A DNA stretch of 64,000 nt from Phycisphaerae bacterium (GTDB taxonomy: Bacteria > Planctomycetota > Phycisphaerae > WQYP01), in NCBI GenBank assembly GCA_035524355.1, contig DATKPA010000019.1:34117-98116 (forward strand), written 5' to 3'. The translations under genes and the position numbers were made by a program. A model generated the notes under the pieces. It searched no databases and was not told the origin of the DNA. It saw only the letters and a list, made by a program, of their open reading frames with translations. Shown here in pieces: positions 1-11,158 of this stretch. The stretch's first letter is position 1. Each line of letters opens with the position of its first letter.

Positions 1-491
1 AATGCCTTGGGGTTCCGCACGATTGCCCGCCCCACCGCCACCCGCTGCCGCTGCCCGCCCGAGAGCGCCTTGGGTTTGCGGTCGAGATAATCGGAAATCC
101 CAAGAACCCGCGCTATCTCCAGCACGCGCTCATGAATCTGTTCGCGCGACAGCCCCAGTTCCTTCCGCCGCAGTTGCAGACCGAACGCCATGTTCTTGTA
201 AACCGTCATGTGCGGGTAAAGCGCGTAATTCTGAAACACCATCGCGATGTCCCGATCCTTCGGCGGAACATCATTCACGATGCGATCCCCGATCCGAATC
301 GTACCCCCCGAAATCTCCTCCAGCCCCGCCACCATCCGCAGCGTCGTCGACTTCCCACACCCCGACGGCCCCACCAGCACAATGAACTCGCGGTCCTGAA
401 TGTCTAGATCGATGCCGGTGCTCCCCCCCACCGACGGCTTGCTGTTGCCGGCATAAACCTTCGTGACTTTCTCGAGCGTGACGCGAGCCAT
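1..491 (-). CDS. Sugar ABC transporter ATP-binding protein (MalK/UgpC family), 3' part runs off window
   Basis: Manual minus-strand translation from ATG 491: [13 protein letters not shown]...[18 protein letters not shown] (Walker A)...[13 protein letters not shown]...[17 protein letters not shown] (ABC signature). Confidence 0.93.
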   Translation of the reverse strand, partial: MARVTLEKVTKVYAGNSKPSVGGSTGIDLDIQDREFIVLVGPSGCGKSTTLRMVAGLEEISGGTIRIGDRIVNDVPPKDRDIAMVFQNYALYPHMTVYKNMAFGLQLRRKELGLSREQIHERVLEIARVLGISDYLDRKPKALSGGQRQRVAVGRAIVRNPKA

Positions 492-618
492 AGTGGTCCG
501 TCATTAAACGAGGTGAATAGACGCCCAACCGCGCATCAGCATCATGTCGGCCTGCATCGCGTGAGTCAATCACGAAACGGCGACGCATTCCGGCATCGCA
601 GCGGCCGAAAGTTCGCTC

Positions 619-3036
619 TCATTTCGCCTGGGTTGCAGGAAGCGATGCGGCCTGTCCGGCATCTTCCAGCAGCGTGGTAATCCAGCGACGGACCAGCGGA
701 TCCTTCTCCGCATCCGCCTGCTTCCGAAGCGCATCGAGTGCCGATGCCCCCGCATCACCCGGAGCCGTCGCAATCGCACTCATCCGGCACGCCCACGCCG
801 CCCGCACGATCCGATCACCATCCCCTGACATTCCCGCGATTCTCCCCGCAGCATCGCCAAGCCCATCCTGCGGCAGCGTGAGCAGCAGATACGCCCGCAG
901 CAGCGGAGACGGCGATTGCAGCAAATCCACCAGCGCCGCCTGGGCCTTGTCCAGCGCACCGCTGAGGGCACCCTTATCGTCCGTCGGCGACGGCTGCGTC
1001 GAATTCACTTTCTGCGACAACGCCGCCGCGGCCACGCCCACTATCTGCGCCTGAATCAACTGCAGATCGCCGGTACCACCAGTCGCGTTCTGAATCAGCT
1101 TCGCGACATCATCCGGCAGCTTCATGGGGAAAGGATTGCGCTGAAAACCCCCGCCCGCCACCACCTGGCCCCCAAGCCCCGGTGCCGGCGTATCCGTGGT
1201 GCCCAGCGGCGCGGTCACCAGCGCCAGCGAGATCGGAACCACCTGCATCGGCCGCCGGTAGAAGATCTCATCTAGCTTCCCCTGATCGATGCGCACCCTC
1301 GCATCAATGGCCGCGCGGCGATCAAGGCGGAACGTGCGGCGAAGATCCTCCGTTCCAACGAGTCCGAGATTCTCTGCCTCCACGCCGGAAATCTTGGCGA
1401 GAATGCCGGCCGTCGTCTTGATGAGGCCATCCGCACCCACCGGCGCCGCGTGATCCGTCGTGTTGTTGATCCGCACGGTCAGGTAGATGGGCTCGCCAAA
1501 AGCGTACTCGCGCTTCGGCAGATCGGTAGTGATGAGCTGCAGATCGCGCGGTTTCCGATGCGCGACTTCCGCAGCCGAAGGCAACTGCTTGAGCATCTGC
1601 AAAAGCTGCTGCGACGCCGCTGTGGGCGCCAGGCGAATGCCCTGCCCGCCGCCCCCCGCCGTGGAGGCCGCGTTGGCGACCTGGAACGCAAAGATCCCGG
1701 TCGGATGGGTCGACCAGACATCCTGGAGTTGCTGCGCGGCCTCGTTGAGCTTCTTCTGGGCAATGAGAACGCGGCTCAAACCCAGGCGTGCATACGGATC
1801 GTTCGGGGCGATTTTTTCCAGGATCGCCCGGGCCTCGTCAAGTTTTCCCTCGCGCAGCCGCTGCCAGCCGTTGAACCGCGCCACGCTCGCATCGTCCGCC
1901 GGCACAAGTTCCTGGTAGCTCTTCATCCACTCCGTCAGTTGCGATGATGGCGCCGGGAAGATCGAAAGATCCGTCCAGATGGCGTCCGCCAGCACAACAG
2001 GCGATTTCGGATCGGCCTTGACCGCATCATCCAGTTGCTTGTGTATTGCCGCCGCCAGACTGTCCGCCGAGGGTTGCGATGCCGCCCCGGGCATGCTCGC
2101 GGGCGGCGTGTATTGCTGCTGCAGCAGGCGGGCGGCCACCAGCGCGTGCAGCGGCGCATCGGGAAGCTTCGCAAGACCCGACAGAATCGGATTGGCCTCG
2201 GCATAGCGTCCGGCAATCGCCAGGTCGATCCCCAGCGCCAAATAGACCTCCGCCGGCGGCTGCTGGGCCGATAGCTGCGTCTGCTCGATCGCCGTGATCA
2301 GGAAATCGGCCGCCTGCGCGTGAAGATTGGCGCCCTCCATGATGCGCGCCGTCTCCCCCCACGCCGCCGGATCCAGCGGATTCACTGACAGCAACGCAAT
2401 CAGCGCCGCCAGCCGGTCCTCCGGTTTTTCCGCCAGCCGCACCGATTCGCGCAGCGCCTCCATATTCACGTCATTGAGCTGCAGCGCCTGCTTCAGCAGA
2501 TCCCTCGCCCCGTCGACATCGCCGCGCTCCCGCGTGATGCGCGACAGCCGCACCGCCACTTCGCTGCGGATCTGCGGATCGAGCGCACTTTTCCCCAGTG
2601 CCGACTGGTAGATTCTCGCGCGGTCATCCAGCGCCTGCGAGCCGGACGCGATCAGATCGATGTACTGCACCTGCGCCACCAGATCGCCGGGATCAAGCCG
2701 AATCAGCGCCCGCACGGCTTCGCGCTGAACATCGGTTTCCCCCGTCGTCGCCGCAGCTTCCACGAGCAGTTTCAGCGTATGAACGTCCTGCGGGTCCAGG
2801 TCGTGGGCGAACTGCAGAAGAATCTGCGCCTCCCGCGCCCCGAGCTGCGCGGAAATCCGCGCCTCGCTCGACCGGTGATAGGCGTTATCGACTAAAATAT
2901 GCCCGACGAGCTTCGCCGCCGGATCCGCCCCCGCGCTCGCCGGTTGCGCGCCCATGGCCGGTCCGACACCCATCGCCGCCAGAAGACTTGCCCAGGAGAG
3001 AATCCCCGCCAATGATGCGCGCATACGAGCTCCCAA
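619..3036 (-). CDS. Exported TPR/helical-repeat protein
   Basis: 805-aa ORF with signal-peptide-like N-terminus and TPR-like segments (ALIRLDPGD, ALQLNDVN, LSVNPLD). Confidence 0.75.
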   Translation of the reverse strand: MGARMRASLAGILSWASLLAAMGVGPAMGAQPASAGADPAAKLVGHILVDNAYHRSSEARISAQLGAREAQILLQFAHDLDPQDVHTLKLLVEAAATTGETDVQREAVRALIRLDPGDLVAQVQYIDLIASGSQALDDRARIYQSALGKSALDPQIRSEVAVRLSRITRERGDVDGARDLLKQALQLNDVNMEALRESVRLAEKPEDRLAALIALLSVNPLDPAAWGETARIMEGANLHAQAADFLITAIEQTQLSAQQPPAEVYLALGIDLAIAGRYAEANPILSGLAKLPDAPLHALVAARLLQQQYTPPASMPGAASQPSADSLAAAIHKQLDDAVKADPKSPVVLADAIWTDLSIFPAPSSQLTEWMKSYQELVPADDASVARFNGWQRLREGKLDEARAILEKIAPNDPYARLGLSRVLIAQKKLNEAAQQLQDVWSTHPTGIFAFQVANAASTAGGGGQGIRLAPTAASQQLLQMLKQLPSAAEVAHRKPRDLQLITTDLPKREYAFGEPIYLTVRINNTTDHAAPVGADGLIKTTAGILAKISGVEAENLGLVGTEDLRRTFRLDRRAAIDARVRIDQGKLDEIFYRRPMQVVPISLALVTAPLGTTDTPAPGLGGQVVAGGGFQRNPFPMKLPDDVAKLIQNATGGTGDLQLIQAQIVGVAAAALSQKVNSTQPSPTDDKGALSGALDKAQAALVDLLQSPSPLLRAYLLLTLPQDGLGDAAGRIAGMSGDGDRIVRAAWACRMSAIATAPGDAGASALDALRKQADAEKDPLVRRWITTLLEDAGQAASLPATQAK

Positions 3037-3085
3037 CCAGATTCAGTGAATGAGCCGGCGCTTATACCCCCCATGCAAATGACGG

Positions 3086-3853
3086 TCAATGACCTGAACC
3101 ATCGTAGTAATTACGCGGGGGCTCATCGCGATCCGTCGCCAGCGGCCCGCTCCTCCCCGTCTTCAGGCTCGCCCGGTATTCGGCGGCCGCTCGATCCCGC
3201 GCACCCACGATATCAGCAATCGCCGCAGGATTCGTGTCCTCGCTCCGCAGACCCGCGAGCTGCACCTTCACATCCATCAGCCTGCCATTGCGGATCAGGC
3301 TCAACTGCAGCACGCTGCCCCCCCTGGACTTCTGAATCATCTCCTTGAATAGGTCCGGGCTCATGTCCGGCGAAAATCGCTCGCCGTTGATGCCGATGAT
3401 CCGATCCCCAGGTTCCAGCACCTCCGCCGATGGAAATCCCGGCTGCGTCTTCCAGACGACGATGCAGCTCTGAACGGCGCCACTCTTCGGATCGAGCTGC
3501 AGCAGCTCGTCGGTCATGTGCACCCCGAGAAAACCCACCTCGCCGGACAGCGAAATCTGCGGTTTCATGTACAGGTGCACCGCCGCCTTTTCCAGCCGCG
3601 TGATCGCCTCTTCATTCGACGTGCGGGCAAGCGCCGCCTCAATCTCCCCACGATGGTACGGCGAAAGCCGCATCAACGCCTGCGTCGCCGCTTCGCGCGT
3701 CGTGTAATCCGCCGACTGCACATCCTCGATCAACTGCGCCACCGACCTGTCAGCCGGCGCCGTCGTCGACACCACTGCGGTCGCTCGAGGCACACTCCCC
3801 AATGCGACCAGCGCCAGAACGGCAAGGAGACCGCGGACAACTCTTGAAGTCAT
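3086..3853 (-). CDS. Exported PDZ-domain protein
   Basis: Signal peptide, HEAT-like helix (LIEDVQSADYTTREAATQAL), PDZ motifs GFLGV and LEPGDRIIGING. Confidence 0.8.
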   Translation of the reverse strand: MTSRVVRGLLAVLALVALGSVPRATAVVSTTAPADRSVAQLIEDVQSADYTTREAATQALMRLSPYHRGEIEAALARTSNEEAITRLEKAAVHLYMKPQISLSGEVGFLGVHMTDELLQLDPKSGAVQSCIVVWKTQPGFPSAEVLEPGDRIIGINGERFSPDMSPDLFKEMIQKSRGGSVLQLSLIRNGRLMDVKVQLAGLRSEDTNPAAIADIVGARDRAAAEYRASLKTGRSGPLATDRDEPPRNYYDGSGH

Positions 3854-3951
3854 TCGACAATTCCAATAAACCCACGGCCGCGAAGCGCGCGTCGCGATGC
3901 ACTTTCACGATTCTTCTGTAAACGATAGCAGCCGGGCAGACGCAAGCGAAC

Positions 3952-4551
3952 TTATTTTTTTCGCTGCTTCGCCAATTCCTCGAGTTCCGTCAGCGGACTC
4001 AGCCCGGTATCCTCAATTTCCACGTCGTCCGAGTCGCCCGCCTTGCTCCCATCCATGTCGTGACTGTCCAGATCGGCGACGATCTCGATGTGATCGGTAT
4101 TGCCTCCACGGCTTTCCATGGAGTGCGCCAAACCGGTTTCCGGAATCGCCGCCGCGGAAGGGGGCGGGGCCGCGTTCGACGTCGCCGCCGCCGGCGCAGC
4201 AGTCGCAGATTCGCCCTTCGCGTTCAGAACCGTAATCACCGGCTTGATTTCCGACGGCTCGCCATCGATCACGACCGTGAAGATCACGGGACCAAGACGC
4301 ATCCGATCACCGGGCTTCACCTCCGCCTGCAGAACCCGTTTATCATTCAGAAAGGTGCCATTGGAACTTCCCAGGTCCTTAAGGATGAGCCGATCCCCCT
4401 TCTGCGAAAGTTTGCAGTGCCGGCGCGAGATCACCGCCAGGGGGATCTGATAGTCGCAATCCCCGCTCCTGCCGATCACCACGCTTTCACGCTTGACCTC
4501 GATGTCGCGGCGCGTCCCATCTTCTTTGAACAAGACCAATTGCACATTCAT
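3952..4551 (-). CDS. FHA-domain protein with acidic tail
   Basis: Canonical FHA motifs GRSGDC, ISRRH, DLGSSNGT; start placed at MNVQLV. Confidence 0.9.
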   Translation of the reverse strand: MNVQLVLFKEDGTRRDIEVKRESVVIGRSGDCDYQIPLAVISRRHCKLSQKGDRLILKDLGSSNGTFLNDKRVLQAEVKPGDRMRLGPVIFTVVIDGEPSEIKPVITVLNAKGESATAAPAAATSNAAPPPSAAAIPETGLAHSMESRGGNTDHIEIVADLDSHDMDGSKAGDSDDVEIEDTGLSPLTELEELAKQRKK

Positions 4552-4739
4552 ACACAACCTCACTGAAGGGGCATGGGTCGAAGGGAAGCCGGATCATATT
4601 TCTATTTTAAACCGCCGGCCGCTACGATTTGAAGTGAGCCGGTGCGGGCAGCTTCTGCAAAGTAACCTTTGACTGGACAAGGATCAAGAAAAAAGGGCCG
4701 ATACCCGATCATTCTCGATACCCGCCTCTGCGAAATCAT

Positions 4740-6047
4740 ATGAAAACACCGTCAGAATTCGAAAAAACCTCTGCCTCGCGCGAGCTTGTCGTCCTCGGAA
4801 ACAGCCCCGGTCCCGTGCGCCCGGTCTACGATGCATTTCCGCATCAAGCGATCGAGACCGATAACCGTGCCACCGCCGTCGACGCCATTTACGTCCACGT
4901 CCCCTTCTGTACAACCAAATGCCACTATTGCGATTTCTATTCTCTGGCGGGGCACCTCGCCGAAGCCGATCGATTTCTCGATGCACTCGAAATCGAGATT
5001 TCCTTCACGAAGTCGCGCCTGGGAGCGCTCCGCCCCGAGACGATCTTCATCGGCGGCGGCACCCCGACACTCCTCGATCCGCCCCGCCTCGCCCGCCTCC
5101 TCTCCCTCATCACCGGCGCCATCGACTCCTCGAACCTGCGCGAATTCACAATCGAAGCCAATCCCAACACCTTTGACGCCGACCGCGCCGCCGCGCTCGT
5201 CGACCACGGCATCAACCGCATCAGCTTCGGCGCCCAATCCTTCATCCCCTCCGAGCTCCGCACCCTGCAACGCGACCATGAACCCGACAACGTCGCCAAA
5301 GCCTTCGACATCGCTCGCCGCGCGGGGGGGGCCGGAATCACCAACCTCAACGTCGACCTCATCTTCGGCATCCCCGGCCAGACCCTCGACTCCTGGGAAT
5401 ACTCCCTCACCCGCGCCCTCGAACTCCAGCCCCAGCACATGTCCTGCTACTCCCTCACCTACGAACCCAACACCGCCATGACCGCCCGCATGAAGCGCGG
5501 TGAATTCGCCCCGATCGACGAATCCCTAGAACTCGACATGTTCAACCACGTCTACCAACGCATGCGAAACGCCGGCTTCACCCGCTACGAAATCTCCAAC
5601 TACGCCCGCACCGGGGAGAACGGCAACGAATGCCGGCACAACATCCACTACTGGAAGGGCGGCAACTGGCTCGCATGGGGCCCCAGCGCCGCCGCACACC
5701 TCAACGGCTGGCGATGGAAAAACGTCGGCAGCCTCGCCCACTACCTCGAAGCCCTCCTCCCCCCCTCCGCCACGCCGCTGCTCCCGCTCACCCAAATGGA
5801 GCATCTCACCCCCACCCACTGGGCCGGCGAAGTCGCCACCTTCTGGATGCGCCTCAGCGACGGCATCAACTACGCAGAATTCGCGGAGCGCACCGGCGTC
5901 GATGCCCGCCCGCGCCTCGAAAAAGCCCTCAAAAAATATGCCGACATGGGCTTCGTTGAATTGCTCCCCACCCATGCCAGGCTGCTCGAAAAAGCCGTCC
6001 CCGTCTCCAACACCATCCTGCGCGACACCCTCGCCGCCTTCGACTGA
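4740..6047 (+). CDS. hemW: Radical SAM heme chaperone HemW (HemN-like)
   Basis: IYVHVPFCTTKCHYCDF (CxxxCxxC), GGGTPT, YEISNY, HNIHYW. Confidence 0.9.
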   Translation: MKTPSEFEKTSASRELVVLGNSPGPVRPVYDAFPHQAIETDNRATAVDAIYVHVPFCTTKCHYCDFYSLAGHLAEADRFLDALEIEISFTKSRLGALRPETIFIGGGTPTLLDPPRLARLLSLITGAIDSSNLREFTIEANPNTFDADRAAALVDHGINRISFGAQSFIPSELRTLQRDHEPDNVAKAFDIARRAGGAGITNLNVDLIFGIPGQTLDSWEYSLTRALELQPQHMSCYSLTYEPNTAMTARMKRGEFAPIDESLELDMFNHVYQRMRNAGFTRYEISNYARTGENGNECRHNIHYWKGGNWLAWGPSAAAHLNGWRWKNVGSLAHYLEALLPPSATPLLPLTQMEHLTPTHWAGEVATFWMRLSDGINYAEFAERTGVDARPRLEKALKKYADMGFVELLPTHARLLEKAVPVSNTILRDTLAAFD

Positions 6048-6067
6048 CCGCCCCGCACTCGCCCCTC

Positions 6068-6640
6068 TCAAAAATCATCCCGCAGCGCCAGCGGCTTCCC
6101 AAGAATCTCCGACATCACAATCGCCTGCCGCAGCAGCGCACGGTTCTTCGTGAAACTCCGCACCGTCACCCCCCGCGCCAGCGCCGTGGGCACCCGCGCA
6201 TCCTGGATCGCCTGCGGCGCCGCGTACGCCCCGGTGACCGGCTGTTGCCCCGCCGACGCACTTACCGGTGGACGCGTCAACTGCTGCGGCGACGCTTGCC
6301 GCTGAATCTGCGGACCGCGCTGTGCCGGCCGCTGCGCCGGCGGTGGAACCGCGACCGGCCGCCGTTGCTGCGGAACTCCCTGCGCCGGCCTCTGCATCGG
6401 ACGTGGCGGAGGGGGTAGCGGGGGGGGGGGCGGGGGGGGACGCATCACCGGTCGTTGACCCGGCATCGGAACCGCAGGCCGCGGCAACGGCACCCGCGCC
6501 TGCAATGGTGGTGGCGCCTTCCCGCCCCCTCCCTGCGCCGCCCGCTGCCGCTGCTGCTCTCGCGCCAACTGCTCGATCGTGATCTTCCCCGACAGAATAT
6601 CCCGCGCCAACTGTCGAGGATCACGTGGTACTTCCGGCAT
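6068..6640 (-). CDS. Pro/Gln-rich hypothetical protein downstream of floA
   Basis: 190-aa ORF ending LRQAIVMSEILGKPLALR, a C-terminal motif typical of proteins encoded after floA/yqfA. Confidence 0.7.
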   Translation of the reverse strand: MPEVPRDPRQLARDILSGKITIEQLAREQQRQRAAQGGGGKAPPPLQARVPLPRPAVPMPGQRPVMRPPPPPPPLPPPPRPMQRPAQGVPQQRRPVAVPPPAQRPAQRGPQIQRQASPQQLTRPPVSASAGQQPVTGAYAAPQAIQDARVPTALARGVTVRSFTKNRALLRQAIVMSEILGKPLALRDDF

Positions 6641-6684
6641 CCGTCACCTGCTTCTCATAACGTCTTCCGACCAGTCACTCCCAA

Positions 6685-7728
6685 TTACTGCTTGTTCACC
6701 GCTTCATCTGTCGGCGTCGTCCCCAGCGACTCCCGCATGCTCGTATCCGCCTGAATGTTCTTCATGCGGTAATAATCCATGATTCCAAGATGTCCCGACC
6801 GGAACGCCTCCGCCATCGCCAGCGGAATCTGCGCCTCCGCCTTGATCACGTCCGCACGATTCAACTGCGCCAACGCCTTGTTTTCCTGCTCCTGCGCGAT
6901 CGCCAGCGCACGCCGCTTCTCCGCCTCGGCCTGGAATCGCCGCTTGTCCGATTCCGCCTGATCCGCCTGCAGCTTCGCCCCGACATTCTCGCCGACATCA
7001 ATATCCGCAATGTCGATCGACAGGATCTCAAACGCCGTCCCCGCATCCAGCCCCTTGTGCAGCACCGTCTTCGAAATCGAATCCGGATTCTCCATCACAT
7101 GCTTGTAGGTATCCGCCGACCCGATCGACGTCACGATGCCTTCGCCGACTCGCGCGATGATCGTCTCCTCCGTCGCCCCGCCGATCAGTTGCTGAATGTT
7201 CGTCCGCACCGTCACGCGCGCCTTCACCCGCAACTGGATGCCATCCTTCGCGACCGCATCAATCGTCTGCCGCCCCGCCGCCGCATTGGGCACGTCGATC
7301 ACCTTCGGATTCACCGACGTCTGCACCGCATCCAGCACGTCACGCCCCGCGAGATCGATCGCCGCCGCCTTCGACCAGTCGAGCGGAATCTGCGCCCGGT
7401 GCGCCGCGATCATCGCCCTCACCACGTTCGGCACTCGCCCCCCTGCCAGGTAGTGCGACTCCAGCATCTCCGTCGTCACTTCGTCCAACCCCGCCTGCAC
7501 CGCCATGATCTTCGACTGCACAATCTGCCGCGAATCCACCTTCCGCAGCTTCATCCCGATCAACGACCAGAATGTCACGCTCGCCCGCGCCATGAACGCC
7601 TGCAGCCACAGCGTGAAAAACTGCGCGATCACCATGAAAATCACCACCACGACCACGATCGCGATCAGCAGCACGATCCAGAGAATCGTGTTTCCCCCCG
7701 GTCCGGCGCCCTGCGCGAGCGCTGACAT
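6685..7728 (-). CDS. floA: Flotillin-like protein FloA (YqfA family)
   Basis: [65 protein letters not shown]; start uncertain (7728 or upstream). Confidence 0.92.
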   Translation of the reverse strand: MSALAQGAGPGGNTILWIVLLIAIVVVVVIFMVIAQFFTLWLQAFMARASVTFWSLIGMKLRKVDSRQIVQSKIMAVQAGLDEVTTEMLESHYLAGGRVPNVVRAMIAAHRAQIPLDWSKAAAIDLAGRDVLDAVQTSVNPKVIDVPNAAAGRQTIDAVAKDGIQLRVKARVTVRTNIQQLIGGATEETIIARVGEGIVTSIGSADTYKHVMENPDSISKTVLHKGLDAGTAFEILSIDIADIDVGENVGAKLQADQAESDKRRFQAEAEKRRALAIAQEQENKALAQLNRADVIKAEAQIPLAMAEAFRSGHLGIMDYYRMKNIQADTSMRESLGTTPTDEAVNKQ

Positions 7729-7812
7729 CCACTTTATCGAGTTGTTCACGATCTTCTCCCATAATATGCGCTGGCTTGAATGACTTGAGGATAGATCGCG
7801 CGGCAAAGGCCG

Positions 7813-8670
7813 TCAATTGCTTTCGGGCGACCCTTGCGGCGCCGCACCATTCTGCGACTTCAGCTCCTCCGCCTCCGCCGCCTCGCGACGCATGTCGGGC
7901 AGCAGCGCCGGATCATTGTTTTCCGTGATCGTCGTGCCGTCGTCCGCCGCCACGTACACCGAGTACACACCCCCGTTGCTCACCCTTCGGGCCGCCACAT
8001 AGATGCCGGCATCCGTCATCGTCACGCCCGCCCCATGCGGACTCGTCCCAGAAGCCTGCCCGTACCACGTCCCCGGTTCCGGATTCACCGACAATCCATG
8101 ACGCGCATCACGCGCTTTGTACATCAGCTCCCACAAATACTGCCACAGTTGCATCTCAAACTGCGTCGCCCGGTCTTCGTGCATCTGCGTCGCACGCGGC
8201 ACCTTCCAGCGCCGCACCAGCATCAACCCCTTGTCCGGATCTCCGCCGTCGGCATAGATGAAATGCACATACAGCAGATTCCTCCCACGCAGATCCTTGT
8301 AATCCTCCGAAAAGCTGTCGTCGAAACTCAGCTTCAGCCCCTGCACGCACACCCGATCCCGCGGAATCACCACCCGTTCGATCGGAAGCGCCACTTCCTT
8401 CCCGTCCGCTCCCAACGTGAAGTTCCTGACCAGCAGCGACGTTTCCATCACCTGCTGGCTCGCATCCACCTTCTGCCAGTCCACCCCGATCAGCGCATGC
8501 GCCTGCCTCCCGCTGAACCGCTCCACCACATCCGCAAACAGGTCTTTCTCCCGCGCCAGATCCGTCGCCTGCTGCCGCGCCGCTCGCACATCCCCCAGCA
8601 ACACGATCCCAAATGCAATCGTGCTCCCCACCACCAGCAGTGTCATGATGAATTTGAAGAAGCTATTCAT
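7813..8670 (-). CDS. Hypothetical membrane-anchored protein
   Basis: 285-aa ORF with N-terminal TM helix, co-oriented with floA. Confidence 0.7.
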   Translation of the reverse strand: MNSFFKFIMTLLVVGSTIAFGIVLLGDVRAARQQATDLAREKDLFADVVERFSGRQAHALIGVDWQKVDASQQVMETSLLVRNFTLGADGKEVALPIERVVIPRDRVCVQGLKLSFDDSFSEDYKDLRGRNLLYVHFIYADGGDPDKGLMLVRRWKVPRATQMHEDRATQFEMQLWQYLWELMYKARDARHGLSVNPEPGTWYGQASGTSPHGAGVTMTDAGIYVAARRVSNGGVYSVYVAADDGTTITENNDPALLPDMRREAAEAEELKSQNGAAPQGSPESN

Positions 8671-8840
8671 GCCGTCCCATATCCGATGCGCAACTCTGCG
8701 AACCGGCCCGAATCATCCACGCATTTCAGCGCCGCGCCAACCCACTTACCTTTAATCGCTGTTCAATAGTCTTATAAACTTTCCTGCTCATCGTGTTTGT
8801 CGTGCCCGTTTATCCTTTTCTGCAACAGTTGCTTCCTCTC

Positions 8841-10508
8841 CTACTGCTGTTTCAACTTCCCCGCCCACAATCGCGCCATCTCATCCTCCGTCGTCGGCGC
8901 CAGCAGCGACTGATCGCTCGCCCGCATCAGCAGGATCTTCCCCTCTGGGTCCACCCACAACGTCGTGATGTTCGGCTCCATCTCGTCCGTGCACCGCACG
9001 CAATCCACAGGCTTCCGATCGATCGCAATATGATCCGGCCCCACAACCGACAGCTTCCGATACGTCAGCTTGTGCAACGCCGAATTGAATGACACAAACG
9101 TCATCTGCGTCGGCTTGCTCAAATCCACCACCCGCGGCCACAGAAACTCCAGCACCGTCGGCAGCGGCGACGGGCGATCCGCCGATATCGCCCCGTCCAG
9201 ACCCTGCATCGGCGGCTGCGACGGATCCGCGCTGTACGTCACCTGGATCCGGTACTCCTTCTTCGGCACGTCGATCGGAGGTGGAACCGCCTTCGGCTTC
9301 TCCCCGGGCTTCAACTCCTCATTCCCCCTTATGATCTCCTCCCGGTGCTTCTGCATCGCCGCAAGTTCCTCATCCGAATACGGCGCAAGCCCCTGCAACT
9401 GCACCAGGCCGAACTCGCTCAGCCACAATGTCTGCGACGCCCGCGCTACGTTCGGATTCGTCCCCACCTTCTTCGTCGTGTTCGCCCACATCGAGTAGTA
9501 CGGCCGCCGATCCGCCGGCGCATCCCCCGCAAACGCCCAGAACGCCTCGTTCTGCCCATAAATGATCGACCCGTCCTGCGGAAACCCCCGCGTGTTGATC
9601 GAAATCAGAATCCCCGACAGGTGATTCCGCGTATCCTGCTTCTCATCAAACCGCAGATACCCCTGGTCCACGCCACCAACCTTCATCCGAAACAACTGCG
9701 GCTGATTGTTCAACTTCCCCTTCAGCTCGTCCGCCGTCCGCTGCGCCAGCCACTCCTTCCCCGCCTTCACCGATATCTGCAGTTGCTTCGCGATCTCCGT
9801 CCGATCCAGAAGTTGATACGACGTCAGCATCGCCTCGAACGTCGTCGTCGCCGCATCACGATCCTTCAGCGGCGTATACATCGTCAATACCATCAAGTCA
9901 TTGTCCGTCACCCGCACGATTAACTGCTGGCGATACAGCGAAATCACCTCCCCCGGCGCATTTCTGCTCTTCCCCTGCCCCCCGACTTCCGCCTCCATGC
10001 TCGTATCGATCCGCCCCGCCTGATGCCCCTGGAATTTCAACTCCCGCGTGTTCAAGACCTGCACCGCACGGAAACTCTTGCTCAGCTCCGGACCTATGCT
10101 CGCCATGTATTCGTCAAACGTCAGCACCTGCTGACTCCCCGAGCCATTTGGCTGACCTCCCGACGCCGCACCCCCGGTCTTCTTCACGAGGCTCGCCATC
10201 TGCACACTACCCCCCCACTGCTTCGCATCATTCACAAAGCTCACCAGATCCACCCCCGCACGATTGATCACCCGCGAACCCACCGGCGGCGCAATCTCAA
10301 ACCCCGCAAGCTCATTCTTATACACCGGCCCCAAATACTGCCCCACATCATCGGTCGTGTTCGCCGAAAAACCATCCGGACCAAACCCTCCCCCTACTCC
10401 CGACTCGGCACGCACTTGTGCGCTGCCCAAACCCGCCAGCGCTGCCGCCATCAGCACCGCCACGCTGCATCCCTTCATGCCTGACCAACGCACGCTTCTA
10501 CCAGTCAT
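8841..10508 (-). CDS. Hypothetical exported protein
   Basis: Long ORF; ATG 10508 follows a purine-rich RBS-like GGAAGAGG and begins a signal peptide (AVLMAAALAGLGSAQVRA). Confidence 0.72.
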   Translation of the reverse strand: MTGRSVRWSGMKGCSVAVLMAAALAGLGSAQVRAESGVGGGFGPDGFSANTTDDVGQYLGPVYKNELAGFEIAPPVGSRVINRAGVDLVSFVNDAKQWGGSVQMASLVKKTGGAASGGQPNGSGSQQVLTFDEYMASIGPELSKSFRAVQVLNTRELKFQGHQAGRIDTSMEAEVGGQGKSRNAPGEVISLYRQQLIVRVTDNDLMVLTMYTPLKDRDAATTTFEAMLTSYQLLDRTEIAKQLQISVKAGKEWLAQRTADELKGKLNNQPQLFRMKVGGVDQGYLRFDEKQDTRNHLSGILISINTRGFPQDGSIIYGQNEAFWAFAGDAPADRRPYYSMWANTTKKVGTNPNVARASQTLWLSEFGLVQLQGLAPYSDEELAAMQKHREEIIRGNEELKPGEKPKAVPPPIDVPKKEYRIQVTYSADPSQPPMQGLDGAISADRPSPLPTVLEFLWPRVVDLSKPTQMTFVSFNSALHKLTYRKLSVVGPDHIAIDRKPVDCVRCTDEMEPNITTLWVDPEGKILLMRASDQSLLAPTTEDEMARLWAGKLKQQ

Positions 10509-10536
10509 GTCTACCTCTTCCATCGCCAACGAGTTC

Positions 10537-11076
10537 TCACTTGCGAAGCTCAATCCCCGTTGCGCAAATCGCATTGAAAGTACTTGTATCGGCATCGGTA
10601 CGGGGCAGCGGTCCACTATACGAAATCGCCACCGTCTCCGTCCCAATCACCGCCAAACGCAAAATGGTAAATTGCCCGTCATCATCCTTCCCCGACACCT
10701 CCACCCCCGGGACCTTCGCAATCAGCTCAAATCCCGTCGTCTCGGGACTCCCCTCCGTAAGGTCCTTGAACAATCTCGCCGCCTCCCCCACCAGCTCCCG
10801 CGGGCTGCGCCGCTGCGACCCTTTCCACGCAAACACCTCCACAAACCGCGGCTTCCCCTCCACCGTCCCGCTACGCGACGCAATCTCATCCTGGATCGAC
10901 TTCTCCTCCTCCTTCGTGAACCCCAGCTTCTCCAGCACCGGCACCACATGCCCCTGATGCTCCTGCCGAACCACAAGGTAATCCGCAAACGCCATCGACC
11001 CCGCAAAAAGCCCGCACAACACCCCCAACATCACGAGGCGCCTCCTCCGACTCAGTGGCTGCGTATCCAACGCCAT
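10537..11076 (-). CDS. Hypothetical membrane-anchored protein
   Basis: 179-aa ORF with RRRR plus hydrophobic helix, in operon position after ptsI. Confidence 0.65.
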   Translation of the reverse strand: MALDTQPLSRRRRLVMLGVLCGLFAGSMAFADYLVVRQEHQGHVVPVLEKLGFTKEEEKSIQDEIASRSGTVEGKPRFVEVFAWKGSQRRSPRELVGEAARLFKDLTEGSPETTGFELIAKVPGVEVSGKDDDGQFTILRLAVIGTETVAISYSGPLPRTDADTSTFNAICATGIELRK

Positions 11077-11091
11077 GATTGGCCCTCGAAC

Positions 11092-11158
11092 AAGTCAGGA
11101 GTCAGAAGTGTGAACGAGCGCTAGGCTTCCGACTTCCGACTTCCGACTTCCGACTTCT
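11092..11158. repeat. Inverted heptamer tandem repeat (AGTCAGG / TCCGACT)
   Basis: AAGTCAGGAGTCAGAAGT followed by (CTTCCGA)x4 at the ptsI stop. Confidence 0.85.

Noticed and set aside
6412-6440. Poly-G tract as a phase-variation site
   Set aside because: It encodes a poly-proline stretch in an intact ORF and there is no evidence of length variation.
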